DNA of 64,000 nt, from the NCBI GenBank assembly GCA_035625085.1, contig DASPQG010000078.1, positions 2,151-66,150 of the forward strand, given 5' to 3'. The notes under the pieces were generated by a model, which did not search any database, was not told where the DNA came from, and was given only the letters and a program-made list of their open reading frames with translations. The DNA is from Thermoplasmata archaeon (GTDB taxonomy: Archaea > Thermoplasmatota > Thermoplasmata > Lutacidiplasmatales > UBA184). Below are positions 57,733-64,000 of the stretch, piece after piece; positions within the stretch are counted from its first letter, which is position 1; each line of letters opens with the position of its first letter. Position numbers and translations under genes: made by a program.

Positions 57733-58933
57733 GCAGCTCGTCGGTCCCGTCCGGGATGGTGTGAAGTTCTCCGTCGGGGAACGGGTACCGCGCCTCGTCC
57801 ACGTAGCGCACCGGGGTCCGCGCATCGCCATCGGTCGCGACGAGGGCGTCCCGGAACGGGTCGAACTCCGCGATCTCGTCGCGTCCGAGCGGAACGACGC
57901 GGAATCCCGTGCCGCCGTGCAGCGAGTTGGGAAGGCGGATCAGGCGATGGATGTCGGTGGTCACCGGCGCGTCGGTTTCCCCCTGCACCTCGATCGCGGC
58001 GCGAGGCACTACCGCCTCGAGGAACTCCGCCGGGAGGTCGGCGCGGAATACGTCGAGCGAGAGGGACGTCCGGATCTTCGCGGCGCCTCCGTGGTCGATG
58101 AGCTTCCGGGCGTACTGTCGCGCTTTCGCCGGTGGAATCCCGTAGCTCGCCATCTCCTCGGCGGCGACCTTGGTCCCCTGCTCCTCCCACCGACGCAGGA
58201 GCTCGAGCAGGGCCCGCGTCGTCCGGCCCGGCCAACCCGGGGCATCGGGAGGGGCTAACGTGCGGGTCCGGACCGCCCGCGTGCGGCCCTCAACCCCGTC
58301 CGCCTCGACGTCGGCGGCGGCCGCCGTGGCTCCCGCGCGAACGTCCGCCCGACGGCCCTCGACCGCCATCATGGGGTCGAAGCCAACGCCCAGCACGTAG
58401 TCGACGAGCTCACGGCGCTCGGGGCTCGTGAGCGGCAGGAACCGGTCGTCCCGGACGTGGACATGGTAGCCGCGGCCGCCCGAGAAGACGAACGAGGTCG
58501 CGGCGGGATCGATTCCGAAATCTCCGAAGAGAAAGTCGTCGACGAGCGCGATGAGCCGCGTCTTGACGAGGGCGAGCTGCCCCGCGTAGTCGAGCGCCTC
58601 GGCGCCGCGGAGGTGGTCCGAGTCGAGGTCGAAGATCAGGTCGGCGCCGAGCCACTCCTTCGCCGACATCGTGGGCTCGGCCGGGCGCCGGTAGTACGCG
58701 GAGGAATAGTAGACGTGACGGGGCGGTTCGCGCCGGAGGAACGCGAGGAACTCCTCGGGGGTCCTCAGCGTCGCGTGGCGGCGCATCATCGTCTCGGTGG
58801 TGAACGGGAAGGCAGCAAACTCCCGGCGGGCGAGTCGATGCGGAGGGGGGACTGAGGTGGTCTCGTAGTACCGCGCGAACTGTCTCCGGGCCCATTCGAG
58901 GCTCGGACCCTCGAGCGCGAGCGTCTTGCCCAC
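57668..58933 (-). CDS. priS: DNA primase small (catalytic) subunit PriS
   Basis: 421-aa ORF with YY...REFAF, the catalytic LIFDLDSDH, SGGRGYHVHV and IHRLIRLPNSLH. Confidence 0.92.
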   Translation of the reverse strand: MGKTLALEGPSLEWARRQFARYYETTSVPPPHRLARREFAAFPFTTETMMRRHATLRTPEEFLAFLRREPPRHVYYSSAYYRRPAEPTMSAKEWLGADLIFDLDSDHLRGAEALDYAGQLALVKTRLIALVDDFLFGDFGIDPAATSFVFSGGRGYHVHVRDDRFLPLTSPERRELVDYVLGVGFDPMMAVEGRRADVRAGATAAAADVEADGVEGRTRAVRTRTLAPPDAPGWPGRTTRALLELLRRWEEQGTKVAAEEMASYGIPPAKARQYARKLIDHGGAAKIRTSLSLDVFRADLPAEFLEAVVPRAAIEVQGETDAPVTTDIHRLIRLPNSLHGGTGFRVVPLGRDEIAEFDPFRDALVATDGDARTPVRYVDEARYPFPDGELHTIPDGTDELPTPLALFLLLRGQAELRPSPG

Positions 58934-58937
58934 GGGA

Positions 58938-59510
58938 CTATCCCCCGACGTCCTCGCCGTCGTCAGACGCGGTGGCTTCCTTGACCGCGTCGTCCCGCTT
59001 CAGCCGCGCGAGGAGGTGGAAGACCGTCGAGTGCTCGCTCCCCCTCACCAGGAGCTCGACGGCGCGGGTCGCGCGGACGAGCTGCTCCTCTTCCCCGATA
59101 AGCGCGACCGTGGAGCCGTAGACGCTGACCCAGCATCCGGAAAGCTCCTCGATCCGAGCCCGAGCCCGTCCGTGGGTCCCGATCACGCGGGAGCGGATCC
59201 GCCGCAACGCGGCCTTCTCGCGGTGGCCGGTGGCGAGCTTGATATCGAGCACGCCGAGGAACGTGTTCTCCTTGAGGAGTCGCATCGCACGCTCCGGCGA
59301 GAACCCCCGTCCGATGGCGAGCACGATGTCGCGGGCCTTCAGGACCCCCATCGGGTCGGTGTCGGGGCCGTTCACACAGACCTCGCCTTCCGCCGCGTCG
59401 ATGTCGAGCTCGGTGGACGTTGCGGCGGCGATCGCCTTCTTGGTGCGTCCCGCGGGTCCGATCACGACGGCGACCCGGTCCTCGGGAATCCGAGCGTACA
59501 GCGTCGGCAC
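58938..59510 (-). CDS. KH-domain RNA-binding protein (archaeal Dim2/Pno1-like)
   Basis: 190-aa ORF with two KH-like GxxG segments (VIGPAGRTKKAI, VIGTHGRARARIEE). It sits between rio1 and priS with 2-4 nt spacers. Confidence 0.85.
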   Translation of the reverse strand: MPTLYARIPEDRVAVVIGPAGRTKKAIAAATSTELDIDAAEGEVCVNGPDTDPMGVLKARDIVLAIGRGFSPERAMRLLKENTFLGVLDIKLATGHREKAALRRIRSRVIGTHGRARARIEELSGCWVSVYGSTVALIGEEEQLVRATRAVELLVRGSEHSTVFHLLARLKRDDAVKEATASDDGEDVGG

Positions 59511-59512
59511 AG

Positions 59513-60304
59513 CTACGCCTCCTGCGGCGGTGGCCCGAGCAGCTTGCCACCCACAGCGTCCAGGAACTCCGACGGCTCGACCGAGTAACCCAAGCGGCCG
59601 AGGAAGCGGGCGAAGTTCCGGACGTCCCGCTCCATCAGCTGCGGAGCGTGCGGGTGGTCGCTCGGCACGGCCTGCGCGACATCGATCAGCACCGGGTGAC
59701 CCTCGTGGAACAGCACGTTGTACGGCGATAGATCCCCGTGTACCAGATGGGCCTCTCGGGCCATACGGCCGATCTCGTGGACGAGATCCTCGTAGAGCAC
59801 GGCCGGGTCGTCGACCACCGCGTCGATGAGGCGCGGGGCCGCCAAGCCGTCCGCGCTGCCGATGAACTCCATGACGAGCACGTTGCGGAAGTGCCCGAAC
59901 GGCCTCGGCGCCCGCACCCCGACCTCGGCAAGCCGGCCGAGAATGGTGTGCTCACGACGGGTCCAGGCGAAGATCAGCCCTCCGAAGTTCTTCACGCTCG
60001 ATTCGCGTCGCAGCGCCGCCAGGGTATGCTCGGGGAGATGCCGGAACACCGTGTTGCTGACGCGGTAGATCTTCACCGCGCGGAACTCCGGCCCCGCCGT
60101 GGCCCGGAAGACCCCGCCCTCCTTGCCGGTCGAGATCGGGAAGTCGACCGAGTCGAACAGGCCCCGGTTGACGAGCCGCGACACGGCGAGCAGGGTCGAG
60201 TGGTCGAAGAACTCGTCGAGCAGTTTCCGGTGCTGGATCTCCTTGCGCCGGTCCTCCTCCCGCTCGCGCCGATGCGGGAACACGACATCGTGGGGTCGGG
60301 GCAT
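59513..60304 (-). CDS. rio1: RIO-type serine protein kinase Rio1
   Basis: 263-aa ORF with STGKEGGVFRA, AVKIYR, LVMEFIG, the catalytic LVHGDLSPYNVL and IDVAQAV. Confidence 0.92.
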   Translation of the reverse strand: MPRPHDVVFPHRREREEDRRKEIQHRKLLDEFFDHSTLLAVSRLVNRGLFDSVDFPISTGKEGGVFRATAGPEFRAVKIYRVSNTVFRHLPEHTLAALRRESSVKNFGGLIFAWTRREHTILGRLAEVGVRAPRPFGHFRNVLVMEFIGSADGLAAPRLIDAVVDDPAVLYEDLVHEIGRMAREAHLVHGDLSPYNVLFHEGHPVLIDVAQAVPSDHPHAPQLMERDVRNFARFLGRLGYSVEPSEFLDAVGGKLLGPPPQEA

Positions 60305-60412
60305 CCGCGCGAGAATGGGGCCAGCCGCTCTTAGGCTCTCGGGAGCCCGCCGGCCGCCGCGCCTCCTCCCGCTTGCCTGAGAGGTAGGCTCGTTTCCTTT
60401 CGGTAAGCGACC

Positions 60413-60419
60413 CTATATC
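60413..60419 (+). promoter_or_regulatory. TATA box (CTATATC) for the HEXXH protein gene
   Basis: Located 29 nt before ATG 60443. Confidence 0.4.
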
Positions 60420-60442
60420 CCGAGTGGTTCGGTGTCTTCTCC

Positions 60443-61009
60443 ATGTTCCTTCCGCTCGAAGCGACGCGGGGCCTCGCTCCCACTCCCTCGCACGATACCC
60501 CCTCAAGCCTCGCCTCCCGCCGGGCTCCGCTGGCCCGCGGGCTGGACGGTCCCGCGGACTACGACGCCGTCTTCCGGGTGGTCCGAGACGCCGTCCGGAG
60601 GGTTCTCGGAATCGAGCGGCCGGGCCTTGGGCTCGGGCTCTCCGACCTTCCTCCCCAGCTCGGGGCGTACTGGCAAGTCACCGGCAATCTGATCGTCCTC
60701 AACGAAGGGCTCGTCGACGCGATGCGCGCGCACGCGCGGAACCCGACCGAACTCAACTCGTTCGTCTACGTGATCCTGGCCCACGAGTATCTCCACTCGC
60801 TGGGGTACCTCGACGAGCGGTCGGTGCGAGAGGTCACCGCCCGGGTGACCCGCACCGCGTTCGGGCCGGACCACCCCGCGACCCGGATGGCCGAAGGGGA
60901 TCTCTGGCGCCTGTACCCGTTTCTCGGGTTCGCCCGCGGAGGGCGTGGCCGTCGCCTCAAGGTCGTCACGAAGTTCGACCTCGACACGACGGACCGGTAC
61001 ATCCGGTAG
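60443..61009 (+). CDS. hypothetical protein with an HEXXH motif (putative zinc metallopeptidase-like)
   Basis: 188-aa ORF. ATG 60443 lies 29 nt after a CTATATC box. The only motif seen is VILAHEYLHSLGYLDE. Confidence 0.55.
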   Translation: MFLPLEATRGLAPTPSHDTPSSLASRRAPLARGLDGPADYDAVFRVVRDAVRRVLGIERPGLGLGLSDLPPQLGAYWQVTGNLIVLNEGLVDAMRAHARNPTELNSFVYVILAHEYLHSLGYLDERSVREVTARVTRTAFGPDHPATRMAEGDLWRLYPFLGFARGGRGRRLKVVTKFDLDTTDRYIR

Positions 61010-61067
61010 CCGCCCGGACGACCCCGAAGCTTAATCCTCGCCGAGTTCTCTGCGCCGACCGGGGAAT

Positions 61068-61538
61068 GTGAGCGTGATCGACCCGACGATTGGCATTGCG
61101 CTGGTGATCGTAGGGATCATCCTGCTGGCCTTCGAGCTCGTCCACCCAGGGGCGCTGCTCTTGATCCCCGGTTCCATCTTGCTCGTGGCCGGGTTCCTCT
61201 ACCTGTTCCTTCCCGACGTCCTGCTCGACAGCTACATCGGACCGGTTGCCATCGTCGTGGTCGCGGTCGTGGCGGCCCTCATCGAGATCCCCTACTACCG
61301 GTGGATCGCGCCGACGCATTCCCCGTTGAGCACGACGAGCGGGGGCCTGGTCGGGGCCGAGGGCATCGTGATCGCGCCGATCGTCCCGAACACCCTCAAG
61401 GGAAAGGTGCGGGTCCGCTCGGAGGTCTGGTCGGCCCGAGCGTCCGTCGACATTCCGGAAGGGACCAAGGTGCGGATCGTCCACGGCGAGGGAGTCTCGG
61501 TGACGGTCGAGCCGATCGAGCCGCCGAAGGCGGCGTAA
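61068..61538 (+). CDS. NfeD-family membrane protein
   Basis: 156-aa ORF with N-terminal TM helices and a C-terminal OB-like KGKVRVRSEVWSARASVDIPEGTKVRIVHGEGVSVTVEP. It is followed by an SPFH gene. Confidence 0.85.
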   Translation: MSVIDPTIGIALVIVGIILLAFELVHPGALLLIPGSILLVAGFLYLFLPDVLLDSYIGPVAIVVVAVVAALIEIPYYRWIAPTHSPLSTTSGGLVGAEGIVIAPIVPNTLKGKVRVRSEVWSARASVDIPEGTKVRIVHGEGVSVTVEPIEPPKAA

Positions 61539-61632
61539 GCGACTCTCGGCCCCGACGGAAAGGGTTACTTCCTCCCGAGCGCTGGGCCGCCTAGGTCGCC
61601 GTCGTCGGACGGCGGACACCGAAGAGGTTCCG

Positions 61633-62913
61633 ATGGACTACACGTTCGTTGTCGTGGCAATCGTCCTCGCGTTCGTGGTGCTCCTGGTCCTCCTGACCCG
61701 GATGATCTACACGATTCAGCCGTACCAGCAGGGGATCGTCACGCTCCTCGGTTCGTACAAGAAGATGATCAACCCCGGGTTCAACATCGTGAGCCCGCTC
61801 GCGAGCGTCCTCAAGATCGACCTGCGGACGCAGGTGCTCGAGGTCCCCCGCCAAGAGGTGATCACCAAGGACAACTCCCCGACGAACGTCGACGCGATCA
61901 TCTACATCAAGGTCGTCGACGCGCCGAAGGCGATTTTCCAGGTCCAGAACTATCAGATCGCCACTCTGGCGCTGGCCCAGACCACGCTCCGTTCGATCAT
62001 CGGCGACATGGAGCTCGATGAGATCCTCTACAACCGCGAGCGGATCAACGCCCGCCTCCGCGACATCCTCGACGAAGCGACCGACAAGTGGGGCGTCCGC
62101 GTGGACGCGGTCGAGATCAAGGAGGTCGACCCGGTCGGCCCCGTCAAGAGCGCGATGGAGGAGCAGACGTCCGCCGAGCGTCAGCGGCGGGCCGCCGTCC
62201 TGCGCGCCGACGGGGAGAAGCGGAGCGCGATCCTCGTCGCCGAGGGCCAGAAGCGGTCGCGCATCCTTCAGGCCGAAGGGGTCCGGCAATCCCAGATTCT
62301 CGAGGCCGAGGGAGCCCGGGTCGCCACCATCCTTGAGGCGCAGGGAGAGGCCCAGCGGCTGCGCATCCTCTCGCTCGGGGCGACGGTCCTCGACTCGAAG
62401 GCGCTCACCGTGCTCTCGCTCGATACCGTGACCAACGTGGGGAACGGCCAAGCGACGAAGATCCTGTTCCCGTTCGAGTTCTCCCGCCTGATGGAGGGAG
62501 CCTCCGAGTACCTCGGCACGAGCCGCCAGGTACCCGACCGGAGCCTGAACGCCCTCGACGATCTCCAGAAGCAGGTCGGCACGATGGACGATATCCTTGG
62601 GCCGATCCCGCGGCAGGAGGAGCTCCTCACCGAGATCAAGACCATCGAGGACGAGATCAAGGCCGAGTCGGACGAGTCGTCCTCGCTCGTTTCCCCGTTC
62701 GCGAAGGGGTCGAGGGCGGGGCTGCCCCCGGATCTCCCTCCGGCGGACACCATCGCCCCTCCACCGCCCTCGCGACCGAACCCGCTCGGGACTCCGACCT
62801 CGCCCGGCACCGCGGATACCCCGGGATCCGCGCCCCCGCCCGGACCTACCCCCGACGAGGGGCGGACGGCCCCGAGGCGGCGGCCGCGCCCCAACGGGTC
62901 GCCGGACCAGTAG
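61633..62913 (+). CDS. SPFH/Band 7 (stomatin/prohibitin-like) protein with a long Pro-rich C-terminal tail
   Basis: 426-aa ORF with an N-terminal TM, then the SPFH core (QQGIVTLLGSY, EVITKDN, TLRSIIG, GVRVDAVEIKEV) and a coiled EAE/AER repeat region. The last roughly 80 aa are Pro/Ser/Thr/Gly-rich. Confidence 0.9.
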   Translation: MDYTFVVVAIVLAFVVLLVLLTRMIYTIQPYQQGIVTLLGSYKKMINPGFNIVSPLASVLKIDLRTQVLEVPRQEVITKDNSPTNVDAIIYIKVVDAPKAIFQVQNYQIATLALAQTTLRSIIGDMELDEILYNRERINARLRDILDEATDKWGVRVDAVEIKEVDPVGPVKSAMEEQTSAERQRRAAVLRADGEKRSAILVAEGQKRSRILQAEGVRQSQILEAEGARVATILEAQGEAQRLRILSLGATVLDSKALTVLSLDTVTNVGNGQATKILFPFEFSRLMEGASEYLGTSRQVPDRSLNALDDLQKQVGTMDDILGPIPRQEELLTEIKTIEDEIKAESDESSSLVSPFAKGSRAGLPPDLPPADTIAPPPPSRPNPLGTPTSPGTADTPGSAPPPGPTPDEGRTAPRRRPRPNGSPDQ

Positions 62914-63012
62914 GGAGACTCCTCGCGCGCTCCCCGGACGCGGTCCCGAGGGGTTGCGGACGGCACGGCGGCAAAGCTCGGCGTCCGCTCTCCCTATAAG
63001 CATCGGGAGCCC

Positions 63013-63822
63013 GTGCCGGCCGGGGAGACCCCGATGCCCGGCGTGCTCACCGAGAAGAACGGCGCTGTCCTGACGATCACGATCAACCGACCCGACCGAC
63101 TGAACGCGCTCGACGTCGCGACGATGGTCGAGCTCCGAGGGGCGCTCCAGGGCGCGACGGTGGCCGGCGACGTCCGGGCGGTCCTTCTCACGGGGGCCGG
63201 CTCGGCATTCTGCGCCGGCGGCGACGTCGCGGTCATGGAGGAGTACCGGGCCCGGGGCGACCTCGCGGACCTGTTCCACCGGCTCACCGCGGAGCAGGAG
63301 CACATGGTCCGCGAAATCCTTGGGATGCCGAAGCCGGTGGTCGCGGCGCTTCCCGGTGTGGCGGCCGGAGGCGGGCTATCGCTGGCGCTCGCCGCAGACT
63401 GGCGAATCGCGAGCGAGACGGCCGTCTTGGTGCCGGCGTTCTTGCAGCTCGGGACGGTTCCCGATGGGGGCCTCTCGTACTTCCTCCCCCACTTCCTCGG
63501 CATCGGCGGCGCGCAGGAGCTCCTCTTCTCCAACGCGCGGGTTCCGGCGGCACGCGCCCGGGAGATGGGGCTCGTTCACGAGGTGGTCCCTGCCTCGGAG
63601 CTCGCGGCCCGCGCGCGAACGCGGGCGATCGAGCTCGCGGAAGGGCCGACGCGCGCGTACGGCTGGGCCAAGCGGTTGATGGTTTCGGCGTTCAGCGAGA
63701 GCGTGGAGACGCAGATGGCCCTCGAGCGTCGGGGAGCGGTCGAGGCCGCCCGCGGGGGCGAGCTCCCTGAGGGAATCCGCGCCTTCCGCGAGAAGCGAAA
63801 GCCGAGCTTCCCCGCCCCGTAA
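63013..63822 (+). CDS. enoyl-CoA hydratase/isomerase family protein
   Basis: 269-aa ORF (GTG 63013; alternative ATG 63034) with LTITINRPDRLNAL, LTGAGSAFCAGGD, PGVAAGGGLSLALAAD and FREKRKPSF. Confidence 0.9.
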   Translation: MPAGETPMPGVLTEKNGAVLTITINRPDRLNALDVATMVELRGALQGATVAGDVRAVLLTGAGSAFCAGGDVAVMEEYRARGDLADLFHRLTAEQEHMVREILGMPKPVVAALPGVAAGGGLSLALAADWRIASETAVLVPAFLQLGTVPDGGLSYFLPHFLGIGGAQELLFSNARVPAARAREMGLVHEVVPASELAARARTRAIELAEGPTRAYGWAKRLMVSAFSESVETQMALERRGAVEAARGGELPEGIRAFREKRKPSFPAP

Positions 63823-63842
63823 GCGCGCTGGCCGACCTAGGC

Positions 63843-64000
63843 TCAGTCGGGCGACCGACGATTCCAGGGCCGCTTCAGCATCTCCTCGAGTCGCCGTTTC
63901 ACTGCGGGCCACTCGGGGGCGAGGATGCTGTAGTAGAGCGATGTGCGATAGTAACCACCCCGGACGAGGTGCGCCTCTCGAAGCGCGCCCTCCTTCACGG
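63843..64000 (-). CDS. GNAT-family acetyltransferase, C-terminal fragment (5' end beyond the window end)
   Basis: Not in the track. The minus-strand frame reads ...VKEGALREAHLVRGGYYRTSLYYSILAPEWPAVKRRLEEMLKRPWNRRSPD with a stop at 63843..63845. The EG-x-LR-x(n)-G-x(n)-L-x-EW pattern is typical of RimJ/RimL-like GNAT C-termini. Confidence 0.5.
   Translation of the reverse strand, partial: VKEGALREAHLVRGGYYRTSLYYSILAPEWPAVKRRLEEMLKRPWNRRSPD

Noticed and set aside
61591-63303. 570-aa minus-strand ORF.
   Set aside because: It lies antisense to the SPFH gene and the enoyl-CoA hydratase gene, both of which have clear family motifs. The translation is Arg/Gly/Asp/Pro-rich shadow-frame sequence.

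Overview
Dense, very GC-rich archaeal chromosomal segment. I call about 64 protein genes plus one tRNA; there is no rRNA, CRISPR array, transposase or integrase. All product calls come from reading motifs in the translations; no database search was run. Archaeal origin is supported by aRF1, RFC small subunit, FEN1, PriS, Kae1, archaeosine TGT, Taw1, Trm5, Rio1 plus a KH protein, Sec61beta and a PAC2 chaperone. The lineage cannot be fixed without a search. Many genes carry a TATA-like box about 28-33 nt before the start codon, which suggests leaderless mRNAs. Metabolic content includes a CBS / cystathionine gamma-lyase / CysRS run with AhcY and GcvH nearby, MoaB/MoaC, PEP synthase, ApgM, FTCD, an HAD-ECH fusion and a copper P-type ATPase module. 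The accessory part is envelope and cytoskeleton related. It has several N-glycosylation-sequon-rich surface proteins, two of them with cytoplasmic CxxC-x10-CxxC zinc-ribbon tails. It also has a two-gene pilin-like operon, a bactofilin-like beta-helix protein and a BlaI / M48-M56 pair. The most unusual element is an RHH regulator followed by a FtsZ/tubulin homologue that keeps only the GTPase domain. That pair sits behind a 426-bp, visibly AT-richer intergenic region full of repeated motifs. Many long ORFs in the supplied track are GC-driven shadow frames or over-extended N-termini, and these were trimmed or rejected.
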